A DNA stretch of 64,000 nucleotides from Octopus vulgaris (taxonomy: Eukaryota): positions 21,018,001 to 21,082,000 of the forward strand of contig OX597840.1 of NCBI GenBank assembly GCA_951406725.2, read 5' to 3'. The translations under genes were made by a program, and so were the position numbers. This document shows positions 12,531 through 27,469 of the stretch, piece by piece. The notes under the pieces were generated by a model. It was given only the letters and a program-made list of their open reading frames with translations, was not told the origin of the DNA and made no database searches. Positions within the stretch are counted from its first letter, which is position 1. The number at the start of each line of letters is the position of its first letter.

Positions 12531-14716
12531 CTCACTTGCTAATTACATCATCATCATCATTTAACATCTGCTTTCCATGCTGGCATGGGTTGGACGATTT
12601 TGACCTAGGACTGGCGAACCAGATGGTTGCACCAGGCTCCAATCTGATCTGGCAGAGTTTCAACAGTTGGAACCCCTTCCTAACACCAACCACTCCGAGA
12701 GTGTAGTCGGTGCTTTTACATGCCACCAGCACGAGGGCCAGTCAGGTGGTTTTGCCAACAGCCACGCTCAAATGGTGCCTTTTTACGTGCCACCAGCAGA
12801 GAAGCCAGTCAGCTGCTCAGGCAATGATCACACTTGGATGGTGCTCTTACATCTTCTAGATAACAAAAGCTGCCATATATATGTATGTATGTATAGTTAT
12901 ATATGCATACAAAAACATATATAGGTATATATATATTTACATGGAGTATGACCTTCACAGAAGAGTTGACATAGGGCTAAGATTGGTGATTTGCTATACT
13001 TGAGAGGACCTGACCTCACCAGCAAAAACGAGGCCCTAAAATCATATCTTTTATGTCAATGCCCCTACACCCAATCTAGTGGGGGCACATAGCTTAGTAG
13101 TTAGGGTATTAGACTCATGATCATAAGATTGTGGTTTCAATTCCTGGGCCAGGTGATGTGTTGCATTCTTGAGCAAAACACTTCATTTCAAATTGCTCCA
13201 GTCCACTCAGTTAGCAAAAGTGAGTAATCATGAGACAGACCAGCATTGTATCCAGATGCAGAATATATACACCATGAAACTGGGAAACTGGCCCTTATGA
13301 GTCAGCATGACTCAAGAAGGTAACTTTACCTTTTTATTTTACCAGCACCAAATCTAACCCTGCTGAGTCTCCCCACAACTCATCCTCCTACCCTTCCATT
13401 ATTCTACTGACTATGGCACTATTCACTATTCACTCAGCAAAGAGCAGAGTGGCACATATTTCATTTCCCCTTTTATGCTGCCAGTCATAATCCCTCCTGG
13501 GACCACTTCCTTTTGTCACCCATATTCTCAATATCATTCTTTACCACCTTATTCCCCCCCTCCACTGAATGCACCTTTCACTTCCCCCACTTTCCCTTGT
13601 ACATTACATTCTGCCAAGGGCAGCCCCAATATCTGTCAATCTCTCACTATTTCCACCCCTATTTACCTCTGACCTCATTCCTGGCACTTGTACATCTCTT
13701 TCACACTTTACATACTTCACATAGCCTGTGCTGCCACCTTTTACCCCCTTGACCCACTTTTATTTCCTCCCCTATCCAAATTGATATTCATCATTTACTA
13801 CCACCTCCCATCAATGTTCCTCCTTCACTGCATGCCTTTCTCCCCCTTATCTCTATCCATCTGTTGTTCTCCTCTTCTATAATCGTGAACTTAGCCACCC
13901 ATTCAAACTGTCTGATCCCCTGTTTCCCTTCTCTTATAGTCACTTCCCTCTAAGTTGAGGGAATGCCCTAACAATCCATCGCTATCATCTTTCTTTTCCA
14001 GATAGGATAGCCATGTGCCTCCTCTACACCAAGACACCTGTTCCTAACTCTATCATAATTTAACTTCTCATCCCTGGCATAAAGCCACCTCCCCCAATGA
14101 GGGATTTGTCTTGCAAGTAACTTTGTGACCTCACTGGCGCTGAGGCCTGGGGGAAAAAAAAAAGCATTAAGTACATTCTGCGAATTGGTTGGCATTAGGA
14201 AGGGCATTCAGCCATAGAAACCAAAGCAGTCACTGGAACTAGATTCCGTCCTCTGGCTAATTAATTCCTGCTGAACCATCCAACTCATGACAAGGAAAAC
14301 GGATGTTAAACAAGGATGATGTAAGCATATAGATATATATAGGCATATATATGTCTTCAAAGCAATGCTCCAGCATGGCCACAGTCAGATGACTGAAATG
14401 AGTAAAAGAATAAAATACACACACTCAATTTATATGAATGTATACAAATATTTGTATGCATGTGTATATGAAAAGGATCAAAGTTCCTTCCTAAGGCAAA
14501 GGCTCCTAGATTCTATGGCATACATAGTGTCCCCACCTTGACAGAACACAGGCCCATCACATGATTACAGATTTTTGCCAACTGTGTAGACTGGACCAAC
14601 GTGAAATGAAGTTTTGCTCAAAAACACAATATGTCACCCAGTCCAGAAAGTAAAACCACAATTTTAAAATCATGAGTGCAACACCCTAACCACTCATCCA
14701 CGTGCTCATGCCTCCA

Positions 14717-14858
<142 letters not shown>

Positions 14859-14874
14859 TATACACACATATATA

Positions 14875-16131
14875 AAGAAAGTAATTTCAGTTTTTAAGTG
14901 TGAAATAAAAGTTATTTTTCTTTTCATGCAAAGAATGAACTTTAATCAATTCTATATTTTCCATTTTGTTCAATGACCTTTTTACCAACTTTCTGGCAAC
15001 TTCATGATTCCGTGCTCGTAGAACTGCTGGTCCTTATCAGCCCAAAACTGAAGAAGTGTGATTTCAGGTCATCATCATTATTGAAAGTTTTACCATTCAA
15101 AGAATTTTGCAAACTTTGAAATAAATGGTAATCTGACTGTGGAAGGTCAGGGCTGTATGGTGGATGTGACATCACTTCCCAACCAAGCTCCAATAATTTT
15201 TCACAAGTTAGCAAAGACATGCAGGGTCTAGTGTTGTGATAGAGGAACATGATTCCTTTACGATTTGCCAATTCTGGCCGGTTTTCTTTGATTGCTTCCT
15301 CCAGTGTCATTAGCTGTACATCTCTATTGATCATTTAGTTTCTTGGAAACAGCTCAAAATACACATCACCTTTGTAATCCCATCTAACTCACAGCATGAC
15401 CTTTTTTTTGATGCAATTCAGTTTTCGATGTGGTTAGTGCCGGTTCGTTATGCTTGGACCATAATTGTTTTCGACTGATGTTACTGTAGACAATCCATTT
15501 TTCACCACCAGTGATGATTTGTTTCAAAAAAAGGTCGATTTCATTGCATTTGAGATGCATATCACAAATATTGATTCGTCGGGTTAAGTGAATCTCTTTC
15601 AATTTGTGTGGAACCCAATTATCAAGCTTCTTAATTGGTCCAAGACAGTTTAAGTGATTTTCAATTACTGTCTGTGATACATTTGACCTCTCTGAAAATC
15701 TTGTGTGCAGTTATACGACAATCAGATTCAATTATGGCTTTGATTCGGTCATCATCCACTTCAGTAGGTCGACCAGAACGTTGGTCATCTCCGAGTGAAA
15801 AATCTCCAGAACAGAACTTTTTAAACCATTTCTGACATGTGCAGTCTATGAAGCAATCAACACCAGAAACTCCACAGATCTCTTTGTGAGCCACAGCAGC
15901 TTTCTTCCCTTTACAAAAATAAAAAAGCAAAATATGGTGAAAATGTTCGTTTTTTGCACTCCTTATTAAATCTGCCAGCTGCAAACAAAATTATGTGCAA
16001 TTTTCTCTTAAAGTAAGCTCAAAGTAATGGCTATCAAATGTCAAAACGGAAAAATCATAACACAAAAGTTATTAAAAAAAATTGTAACTGTATCTATTTG
16101 TAAAAATTGAAATTACTTTCTTGCCAACCCA

Positions 16132-16132
<1 letters not shown>
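14875..16132 (-). mobile_element. Decayed mariner (DD34D-type) element
   Basis: Frameshifted fragments: HTH (CQKWFKKF..GDFSL.D..RSGRP), ITGGEKWIVY, and HPPYSPDLPQSDYHLF. TIR aattactttcttgccaacccaa|TA at the right end, partial aagaaagtaatttcagttttt at the left. (TA)n on both sides. Confidence 0.9.
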
Positions 16133-16193
<61 letters not shown>

Positions 16194-16389
16194 TCAAAAT
16201 GTGACCGCGTGTGTACCGTTGGCGATATTTTTTCCTCTGTCTTCCCTTCTCCTATGTTTCCGACGAAGAGCTCCGCTCAAAACGTTAAACCCTCCTTCTT
16301 TCCTGAGCATCCAATAATACTATATTTGTTCCACATCCTCGCGTTGTGTTTTTTTGTGCTTTCATGTTTGGATTAACTTTATATATATA

Positions 16390-16757
16390 CTAGCAGTATC
16401 GCCCGGCGTTGCTCAGGTTTGTAAGGGAAATAACTATAAAGCATTTTTAGAGAGTTATAGCCAAAAAATGGGGAAAAAATGATGGTAAATTTTTTTTGAG
16501 AGTTAAAAAAGGTGGAGTCCCCTAGACGGTCTGTGGTTTGGGTTTCTGATTCTCGACCCCATGTCGAATTTATCGATTTTTTTCAGAACTGGGGGAACTT
16601 TTCAAAATTTTCGCTGCGTTAGTTTTGAATTATGATATTGGGCTATGTGTGTGTCAAGTTTCATCAGAATCGGTTGAAAGCCGTGGTCAGAGTGAGGGTA
16701 CGAGAAAACAGACACACAGAAAACGCACAGACAAACTGCCGTTTATATAGAGAGAGA
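16390..16757 (-). mobile_element. Non-autonomous Helitron (same 3' end as 4762-5155, different interior)
   Basis: ctagcagtatcgcccggcgttgctcaggtttg is the reverse complement of the same hairpin+CTAG terminus. The 5' end reads TCtctctctatataaac on the minus strand. Confidence 0.72.
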
Positions 16758-16999
16758 TATATATATATATATATATTGATATATATATATATATATATTG
16801 GTGCAAACAGGAAAAATAGAACTCAAACTATGAGTGTATGTCTATTTTTATCAATATTTAGCAGAAGTAACAGAGTGACTCAAGGGCTGAGAGTTTCATG
16901 CATTGGCAACAAAACTCTCAGACCCTGAATCACTCCATTACTTCTGCTAAATTTTAATAAAAATGTGTGTGTGTGTGTAAATGTTTACACACCAGAATA

Positions 17000-18140
17000 T
17001 ATAGAAATTGAACAAAATACTGAAAACACCACTTTTTATTTAACTACTTTTCCTGTTGGCAATATGACAAATAACACAACTTCATATCTATGTTCAGGTC
17101 TTGTAGCCTGTTATGGCCGACGGTTTTTCTTGCAGATAATTTTTTTTTTTTTTGCAAGTAAGTTAAAGTGTGTGACCTATTTGATTTCTAAAAGGGACCA
17201 AGTTCTTAGAGCACAGATTGCTGGAGTTCCAGTCTCTAAAATTACTGAACTGTTTAACGTTTTCAGAAGTACAGTCTCTATATTCTCATTGGCATTCCAA
17301 AACCAACTCTTGCAAGCATTTCGGACAGAAAGCAAAATTCATAGACAGAGCCTGCAAAATAGTGAAACATGTATCTAAAAATCATCTAAGTGACAGCAGA
17401 ACTAAGCACCCACCTTGTCAGACCTGTGTCAAAAAAAAAAAAAAAAAAAAGGTCCTAAGCTCTATAAAGTTTGATACCATAAAAGGACTACAACTGTTAC
17501 ACCGCTCCTGTCCCCCATCAACAATGATAAGCAGGAAGCATGGTGTCTAGACTATCAGAAATTGGTCAATGGCTCAATGGAACAATGACATCTTAACCGC
17601 CCCTACTTTAGGATAAGTTGTTATCTGAGGACAGCCCAAAGAAGTCTTCAAACTTGACTGTTTGGCCCCTAACATGAAGCATGGAGGCGGCCACAGAATT
17701 CTTGACCTTTTAATTGCTCAACACAAAAAAAAAACTATTATCTGAGTATTTTGATTGATCGTGTCCACCCTATAACAAATTCCCTGATAGCAATCACCCA
17801 GAACAGTAACGCATTGACTGACATAACTAATGTTATCAAACATTATTAGTATGAACACTACAAAAGTGAAGTTGAGCACTTGGATTACTTCCTGCAATCA
17901 TCTCATCTCAATATTATCAAACAGAGCACATAGAACAGCAATTGAGGAGCTGCTTTCATCTGCCATCATTCGTGATAGAATTGAAGCAGATTCTACTTGA
18001 AGAATGGCTTAAAATTCCCCTAAAAACAATTCAGAAGCTGTACGAGATAATTCCTCAATGCATTAAAGCTGTGATTGATACCAAAAGGAGACCAACTCCA
18101 TACAATATAACAGTTTCCATTATTTTGACCAACCCCTGCA
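17000..18140 (+). mobile_element. Highly decayed Tc1-like element
   Basis: C-terminal Tc1 peptide ELKQILLEEWLKIP..TIQKLYE.IP..IKAVIDTK..PTPY, an HTH-like N-terminal remnant, and degenerate caaaata.tg.aaac TIR cores at both ends. Confidence 0.7.
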
Positions 18141-19212
18141 CATATTTTATAAACACACACACATATACACATAAATATATATATATATGTATATATATAT
18201 ATATGCATAATGTACATTATATACATACAAATACATATGTAACTACACAGAGACAGACATAGATAGCACCTAGTCAACTCTAAGTGGTTGATGTTAGGAA
18301 GGTCATCCAGCCGTAGATACCATGCCACAACAGACATGGAGCCCCGGGCAGCTCTCCAGCTGACCAGCTCCTGTTGAACTATCCAACCTATGCCACCATG
18401 GATAGCAGACATATGATGATGATGTGTAACTTTTACTAAAAGAAAGCAATTACTAAGTCTACTCTGTCTAGAAAATTCTTAAAAATTACAATTTTGAAAT
18501 ATTCTTTTTATCAAAATGTGGTTTATAAATTCCTCTTCAAGATTTCAACTATGTGATTCAATTACAAAAATAATTTTTATTCACTGCGACATAGTTCCCT
18601 TACACTGCAAGATACTGCTTTTTAACATCTCCATTTGGCCCTCTGGAACTAAAAGTATTGCCCAAACATTTGCTAAGTTACTTTCAACAGACACATCGAT
18701 AAACACATCTTTCCAAATTGTAAGTTTAATCTTGTGTCAACCAAATATAAACTTATCTCATTTTCTTTCAAATAAAGTATTTGATTACTGTGCACAAAAG
18801 TTTTCAAAACAAATAATCATTACGGGAGGCTGTTACGGTACATTGTAAGGACTATAATAAGTCATATATTTCCGACAGCTGACTCTTTTGCAGAGATTTC
18901 CACTGTTTATGTTATAACATCTGTAATTGTGTGCTTATAAAGATTAGTAATACAAAAATGTGTATGTATGTGTGTGTATGTATAATGTGTATGTATTATG
19001 TGTATGTATATATATATATATATATGTGTATGTACATATATATGTATATATATGTATGTATATATATATATATATACATACATATATATGTATATATATA
19101 TATATATATACATACATATATATGTATATATATATATATATATATACATACATATATATGTATATATATATATGTATCTATATATATATATATATATACA
19201 TACATATATATG

Positions 19213-19267
<55 letters not shown>

Positions 19268-19531
19268 ATGGAAAAGTAATGCATAGCAAATAATAAACCA
19301 TACTTTGATCTTTGCTTGAACTTACAGGAAGCTTTTTCAAAATGATATTTTACAGAACATACTAAGTGTATGATCCAGTTCCCTATCATAGGAATTGAAA
19401 TTTTAAGATGTGTGTGTTATAAACTGGGGACTTTTACATGGCTAAATCAAATAATACCAGAGTTCTTAAAAAATTCTAACAGTCTTTGAGTGCTTGCCAT
19501 TATTCTAATTTGATTAAGAAAGAACTATCAG

Positions 19532-19739
19532 CCCTTTAGCATTTAAACTAGCCATATCCAACCCAAATATTCTACTTGTTTTATATTCAAACCATCCAGA
19601 TCTGGCATCTCACACCTACTCTACAAGGTCGTTTCTAACAATACACAATCACATCACTGAAATATCAAAGCTACAAGGTAATGCATGATTAATTCAAAAC
19701 AATGTGAATAAATAAGCATTACATTTGACAGGGTAAGGG
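19532..19739. mobile_element. piggyBac-type MITE, opposite-orientation copy of 21140-21347
   Basis: Shares ccctttagcatttaaac, ccagatctgg and caatgtgaataaataa with the reverse complement of the other copy. Ends aaggg|ttaa. Confidence 0.7.
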
Positions 19740-19975
19740 TTAAACGAATAAAGATGAAGGGAAATTAAACATACCAGAAAAATTACACAAATTTGCATAA
19801 AATATTTAACGACCAACAGGAAATCACCCAAACACCAGTACATTATAAAACATGTCTATATAAATGTATGCATATTTTATATATATACATATGTATGTAT
19901 ATATAAACCTTTTTATACACATATATTAACATTTGCACATATACACAAATATATATATATATATTTATGTGTATA

Positions 19976-20026
<51 letters not shown>

Positions 20027-20443
20027 GTAAATGTCAAACGATGATACCTAATCCATATACATATATATTTCCAAATATATTTATAAGCACCTAAAGGCAC
20101 CCATGCCAGTGCCATGTAGAAAGCACCCATGCTGGCACCACATACAAAAAAAATCACCCAGCCTACTCTGTTAAGTGGTTGGCATTAGGAAGGGCATTCA
20201 GCCATAAAAACCATGCCAATCTAGATGACAGGAGTTTGGTGCAGCCTTCCACCTTGCTGGATCCTGTCAAACTATCCAAACCATGCCAGCATGGAAAACT
20301 GATGTTAAATGATTTATATATATATATATATATATATATACATACATACATATTGACACATACACATACATTTGTATGTGTGTATGTGTATATATATGCA
20401 CACACACATTCACATATATATATACATATTCATTCACATATAT

Positions 20444-22086
20444 CACGTGAGGTATATCTGAAGACAATTATCAGCATATTACTCTTTTCAAAGCAATTAA
20501 AAAGGATTTTATTCCTTTTGGGATCCCCCATGGCAGCTAAAATGCTAACACAAAAAAAAAAAGAAAAACATGCAGTCATAACTGACCTATGTATAGAAGG
20601 GCTTGTAGAAAATAGCTCTCTATACATTGCAAAGCTTTTTGAACACTAAGTTTGGACAGAATTGGAAGCCTCTGTCAGGAATGTTTCAACTTATCAAAGA
20701 GTAAAAAAAAAACTTTCTAAACATTTAGACACTCTGGAGACACTACAAATCATCCAATGGGTTCAAAGCATTATCAATGATGATCCCAGAAAATCAATGA
20801 GGGCCTTTGCCAAAGATCTTCAGGTGTCAAGAGTGGGCTATCGGAACTGTGGTGCATGAGGACATTTTATACAAGTCGTATTGTACTGGGAAGAGGCCAG
20901 TTGATATCTGCAAAGACACAGGAAAACTGTTTGAGTCATGCCAACAGGTTGAAAAAAAGAAAATCCTTCATGAACATGTCAGAGTTTGGTTCGAGAAAAA
21001 CTTTGACCAAAGACTGAACAAGAGAAATGACAGATGGTTATGTGCAGATCCTTCTGATGTCACCAGAGTTTTCAGCAATTGTGATGGGTTATAAAGATGC
21101 CATCGTGCCACCACCAAACATTGTTCAACAGAGTCTTAACCCTTTTAGTGTTCAGATTACTCTGTCAAATGTAACGTTTATTTATTCACATTGTCTTTAA
21201 TTAATCAGGCATTATCTTGAATGCTTCAAGACTTTGAGGATATGATTGTTTATTTTCAGAAAGACATCATAAGGTAGATGGGAGAGACCAGATCTGGCAT
21301 GTTTGAACATATTTGGGCCATATGGGGCCGGTTTAAATGCTAAAGGGTTAAAACTAAATGTTACTGGAAATGTTAAGTAAAAACAAGGTAAAATTCCCTT
21401 CTTGAGTCATGCCGATTCATAAGGGCCAGATTCCCAGTTTCTATGGCGTATATATTCTTCACCTGGACTGGATGCCAGTCCACCACAGGACTACACACTT
21501 TTGCCAACTGAGTGGACTAGAGCAACATGAAATGAAGTGTTTTGCTCATGAACACAATGCATCGCCTGGTCTAGGAATTGAAACTACAATCTTATGATCA
21601 TGAGTCCAACACCTGAACCACTAAGGTACACGACTCCCACATATGTTAAGGTACTGCAGACAATTTGTTAAACCCAGCATGGATGAAGTATATAATAAAA
21701 GGCCATACACATTTCAAATAGACTCAGCACCTTCTCAAAACAATGGACGTCAGACAGTCTTTATAATCATAACACCAAACCGATGACCTCCAAACTCGCC
21801 AGATTTAAATCCCACAGACTAACCAAGAGCCTCACACTGCCATAGGGTCAATGAAAGCAGCCACTGTCCAGATGATGTCAAAACTAAATAAGGACCGTTT
21901 ATTGCAGACATGTGAACAATTCTGATTCTTCAGTGAAGCAGTCATCAAAGCTGAAGGCAGATTCAAAGAATCTCATTGAAGATTATTGAAAACCTGTGCA
22001 GAATTTTTTATAAAATTACATTTCGATTTTTGCTGGATAAATGTTGTTTTATTAAATTACCAAATGTGTCCTCTGAACTTCACATG
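20444..22086 (+). mobile_element. Decayed Tc1/mariner element (maT/DD37D-like motifs) with nested MITE and SINE
   Basis: Remnants HEDI.YKSY, EKNFDQ..N.RNDRWLC.DPS, FQ.DSAPS and PPNSPDLNP. Interrupted by the TTAA MITE at 21140-21347 and a SINE at ~21390-21640. D-D spacing cannot be counted across the lesions. Confidence 0.65.
21140..21347. mobile_element. piggyBac-type MITE
   Basis: TTAA|CCCTTT...AAAGGG|TTAA termini, inserted inside the maT-like element. Confidence 0.8.
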
Positions 22087-22656
22087 AGATGACTGAGATA
22101 CCTGGTACCTTGCTGCACTCAAGAGGATCTGTCCTGCACCGCAGAGGTGTTACCAGTCACTCCCTCTGGTGAAGAGTATTAGCCTGCAAGAGTCTTGGAT
22201 GGCATTAGGAAGGACATCCAATCATTGGAAACCAAACCAAATCAGTTTGGTGCAGCTCTTCAGCTTTGGTCAAACCGTCAAACCCATGCCAGCATGAAAA
22301 ACAGACATTTAAGGATGATGATGATATCTCTTGCACCCTGTATATACACACATATACATATTTACATACATCTTTTACCTTTTACTTGTTTCAGTCATTT
22401 GACTGCAGCCATGCTGGGGCACTGCCTTGAAAGAAAAAATGCCCTTCCTAAAGCTCTAGGCTCATAAGGTCAATACTTTGGTGTATATATTCCTACCCAC
22501 TGGATGTCACAGGATTTCACCTTTTTGTCAGCTGAGTGGACTGCAGCAACATGAAATGAAAGGTTTTGCTCAAGAACACAATGCACTGCCCAGCCCAATT
22601 AACAAAACCACAATCTCACAAACATCTGTGCAACAACCTAACCACTAGGTCACACT

Positions 22657-22687
<31 letters not shown>

Positions 22688-22688
<1 letters not shown>

Positions 22689-22875
22689 AAATGTGACCGC
22701 GTGTGTACCATTGGCGATTTTTTTCCTGTCTTCCCTTCTCTGGATCTTTCCTTCTCCTATGTTTCCGACGAAGAGCTCCGCTCGAAATGTTAAACCCTCT
22801 TTCTTTCCTGAGCGGCCAATAATACTATATTTGTCCTCGCGTTGTTGCGTTTTTTGTGCTTTCTTGTTTGGATTA

Positions 22876-22880
<5 letters not shown>
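22688..22880 (+). mobile_element. Penelope-pLTR-like short element, family A, inside (TA)n
   Basis: Four near-identical 170-195-bp copies (10416-10585, 16194-16380, 22688-22880, 43432-43625 minus). They share a 3' end (g(g/a)attaact), have variable 5' truncation, are flanked by TA repeats, and each carries a hammerhead motif. Confidence 0.7.
22761..22795 (+). ncRNA. Type I hammerhead motif (family A)
   Basis: GTTT CCGACGA A GAGC-tcc-GCTC GAAA (C/T)G TT AAAC. Copies at 10449-10483, 16256-16290 and 43531-43565(-). Confidence 0.6.
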
Positions 22881-22918
<38 letters not shown>

Positions 22919-23637
22919 AATAATTGTGATTCATTTGAATTAGGTACTTACATTGAAGCACCAAGTCAGTCCAGTATTATCAGCAGAGCTCAAAGTAAGG
23001 TGAAGAAAATCAAAATAAGCAACAAGATCACAACATGATATCCTGTTGCTTATTTTGTTTTATATATATATACATATATAAACCAGAGTAAGTACATAAA
23101 TGCAAAACAAGGAGGAAAAAATAGTACTCGATTACCAGAGGTAGAGTAATATGCTTTATTAAAAAGCAGGAAGAATATCACAAAAGCTGTTACTCATAGT
23201 TTCACGTTCCCATTGTTGGACAGTTTTGTTTATATATATATATATATAGGCACAATATTGGTATGTGGTTAAGGTGTTTGCTTCCAAACATGGTTTCGAG
23301 TTCAGACCCACTGTGTGGCACCTTGGGCAAGTGTCTTCTTTTACAACCTTGAGCTGACGAAAACCTTAATGAGTAAATTTGGTAGATGGAAACTGAAAGA
23401 AGCCTATCACATATATGTGTGTGTGTGTGTAAATACATTCATACACAGACATGGCTCTATGGTTGAGTAGCTTGCATTCTAATAACATGATTCCAGGTTC
23501 ACCCCCAGTGTGGAACTTTGGGCAAGTATCTTCAGTGATAGCATTGTGCCAACCAAACACTGTGAATGAATTTCATAGAAGGAACCTTATGGAAGCCCTT
23601 CGTGCATATGTGTATTGGTATACCCACACACACACAC

Positions 23638-23687
<50 letters not shown>

Positions 23688-23863
23688 TACGTGAGTGGTT
23701 ATATGTGTGTGTATATGCATCCATGACCCTTTGCCTTCACTTAACAAGACAATTGTAAGCGAGTGTCATGATCATACAAGTGGCTTCTTTCATTGCCAGT
23801 ATTATGAAGAAACTGATAAATTATAGTTACAAAAAGCTACCAGGCAATATGCTTCATTTATGA

Positions 23864-23949
23864 AGCTCCAATGAAGCTATAAGAGTGATCATAACACAAG
23901 CATTCAACTATGTGTGCATTGCATCTTATAGCAGAAACAACTGTAAGCT
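23864..23949 (+). ncRNA. Type I hammerhead motif, same family as 44443-44522, core mutated
   Basis: AGCT CCAATGA A GCTATAAGA...TCTTATAGC A GAAA CAACTG TA AGCT: perfect 9-bp stem II, but the core deviates from CUGANGA. Confidence 0.6.
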
Positions 23950-24079
23950 AAAGGAAGTCGATGACATAATTTCCTATATATATACATACATATATATATA
24001 CTAATACATCTGTTTGTTTTGTTACCACCTGTCTTCGTCTTTTGTTTTTTTTTGTGTAAACTCTCCCTATATATATACA

Positions 24080-24300
24080 CCATTTTCATCACCTTTTCAA
24101 AGGACATTCTCATGTGACTGGCTTTTGGCAAAGTAGAGAGTGTGATATTGGTGGCATCTTTTGATGTAGGTTCATCTGGAATCTTGGACAGCAGAAGGTC
24201 AAGGGGCTTCTTGAAAGCATCAACGTCCACCGCATGTACTTCTTCCAGTTCTTTTGACCAGATAATAAACAGATGTGGGACTCTGAATCTAACAGATGTA
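24080..24300 (-). mobile_element. CR1/L2-like LINE 3' coding fragment
   Basis: FRVPHLF....KEL..VH.VDVDAFKK.LDLLLSKIPDEP resembles CR1-group ORF2 C-termini. Confidence 0.6.
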
Positions 24301-25225
24301 TGTACATCTATGTATGCGTACGTGCATGTATGTGTGTGTGCATATATACGTATGCACGCATATATGCATATACACACACACATAAATGTGTACATATAGA
24401 TTCGGAACAAAGGGTACAAGACCACGCACTAAAATTTAGGGGTGGGCAATGAAAACAGCTTGAATATCCTGGGTTTATGATGGGGTTCCACGCCGAAAAC
24501 ATTACGTATATATGGATGGATGGATGGATGGATGAATATATATATATATATATATCGATCTTTCGGTGAAAGTCTATCAAAACTAAAAGTATTTGTTCGG
24601 CATTTTCCGTAACAAATTTTTATTCCTTAAAAATTTTTAAAAACATAATCGCTTCTTATGTTCATGTATTTTGTGTGTGTGTGTGTATGTATCTATATGC
24701 ATATTTATGTGAGTATATGTATGTGTGTGTTACTCGGTTCTGTGTGTGCGCGAGCGATCGGGAGACGAAATCCTTCGGGTGTGCCTTGAAGGCGATAAAT
24801 GGCAAAGTCTTAGTTTCAAACCTCGACCTGGGAAAGATACACATTGAACGAAATAAATTACAATTCTTCGGATAATTACGATGGCTTAGACCTATGTCTG
24901 TCGAGTGAGGGGGGGTACGTATATATACACATATACTTTGGAGAGAAATACTAACTACACTTAAGGGATTTTGCGACCAAATATATATATGCATAACATA
25001 TCTGGATGTGACTTTTATATTTATTTATACATATATATATATACATACATATACGTACATATATATATATATACGTACATACCGAGAGAGAGAGAGAGAG
25101 ATAAGATGGATAGATAGATACGATGGACAGACAGACAGACAGAGAGATGGATGGACAGAGAGGTGGATGGAGAGAGAGATGGATGGACAAAGAGAGAAAT
25201 AGATGGACAGATACATAGATAGATC

Positions 25226-25280
<55 letters not shown>

Positions 25281-26175
25281 GATAGATAGATAGATAGATG
25301 GACAGAGGGATAGATAGATGCACAAACAAATAGATAGATAGGTAGATAGGTAAATGGATGGATTGATGGATGGACAGATGGCTAGATAGGCAGACAGACA
25401 GACAGACAGTGGTGAGGCGTATATTTATTGATGGGAACATACGTAAACAAACGGGCAAAACAGAAATATAAGCCATGGCACTATTTTTTTTGTTGAAATC
25501 TGATACATATATGTGCACATGTATACCTTTCGTACAGACATATATATATACACACACACAGATATGTATATATACATATGAATATATTCACACACACTGA
25601 TTCATATTTATACACACACACACATATATATATATAGGCATATAAGTCCATCTAAATAGATAAATATTTATACAGAAATACACAAATTATTAAACGTAGA
25701 CACTTCCCTTTAAAGTTTATGTTCATATATATATATATATACATGCCGTAAGTGTATGAGTTTATAAAATTTAATAATGCACAAACTTGAAACACAAAAA
25801 ATATATATATATACATAGATTTCATATACATATATACATAAATATATACGTATATACACACAAATCATATATATATATATATACACAGATTCAAAAATTT
25901 CATATATATATACAAAACTCACACATATACATAAATCTCGTATATATATATATATATAATTACATATATATCTATACATTTATACATACTTAAAAAACTC
26001 ATATGCACACACATATATACACTTATACCTCTATAAGTATATATATATACACACACACATCTCTATATATATACATCTCATATATAATATACACACATCT
26101 CATCTATATATATACACACACATCTCATCTATACACACACACACACATCTCATATATATATATATACATATATAT

Positions 26176-26220
<45 letters not shown>

Positions 26221-26939
26221 CATCTCATCTAAATATATATATATATACACACACATCTCATCAATATATATATACATAATATACACACATCTATATATAT
26301 ACATAATATATAAACATATCATCTATATATATATATATATATAATATACACACATCTCATCTCTCTCTCTCTATATATATATATATATACATCTCATCTA
26401 TACATATATATACACACATTTTATATATATATATACAAATATATCCACAAAAAAAATCTGTGTATATATAAATATATATAACAGAGTATATATATATATG
26501 TATGTATATGTAAAAAGTGAATAATGGACACGCGAATGTGTGCCCCTCTTCCTCTCTCTCTGCCTCTGCTATCAGCCATTCAGCTACAAACACAGAAAGA
26601 CACAACCAGACACACACATATAGATAGACATATATACAGACATATAAATATCCATTCACACCGAAACATCGCCAATACAAAACACCACACATATATATAT
26701 ACATCTAAATAATAATCTCCGATATATATATATATATATATATAGAAGCAAAGCCATCTCTTCACACACAGAGAGACACAGAGAGAGAGAGAGAAGACAT
26801 GGTTTCCAAGATCGACCATCTCTTCTGCCTTCACACACCACACACCACACCACCACACAAAATACACACACTTCCACCGAATCCAGACGAATATGAAAAC
26901 CATAAACAAATCCATTGATTTCTTATGTGCCATCCTTAC

Positions 26940-27031
26940 CCTCTGTTGCTGTGATATTGGCGTAATTCCTTAACGAATTCCGTGTATTCCTGGTGATAGG
27001 TGAACGGGTCTTTGTTCAAAAGGTTTGCCAT
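26940..27031 (-). CDS. ARID2: ARID2 (BAF200, PBAF subunit) orthologue, first coding exon (92 nt): MANLLNKDPFTYHQEYTEFVKELRQYHSNR(G)
   Basis: ATG at 27031-27029 (context caagATGG), open frame to a GG|gtaagg donor. ELRQYHSNRG matches human ARID2 ELRQFHHSRG at the same residue position (G31). Phase-2 junction completes Gly with the exon at 8201. Too short for the ORF track. Confidence 0.9.
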
Positions 27032-27469
27032 CTTGGATAACAAGCTACATATACATACATGTAGCTATATACACACGCACACACACGCTCTCCCTGGCAG
27101 CTTACAAGCTATATATACACACCTCACTCGCTCACACACATATATACACTCGCATGTATGTATATATATGTGTATATATATAGCAAACAGCAGCAGCAGC
27201 ACGTATGTAAGAGTCTACCTAGATCGTCTATATATACACACATAGATATACGGCTTTATACATACATAGAGATATATATGGAGTGGAATATGGCGTATAT
27301 ATGGAGTGTATATATATATATATAGGTGTGTATGTGTGTGTGTGTGGATATATATATATATATGTATGTATATATGTGTGTATATATGTGTGTGTGTGTT
27401 GTGGATGATACACACAACACTACGGCTTGCAGTCGGCGATCGAAATAAACGTGCAGCGTTGTCAGGAGC

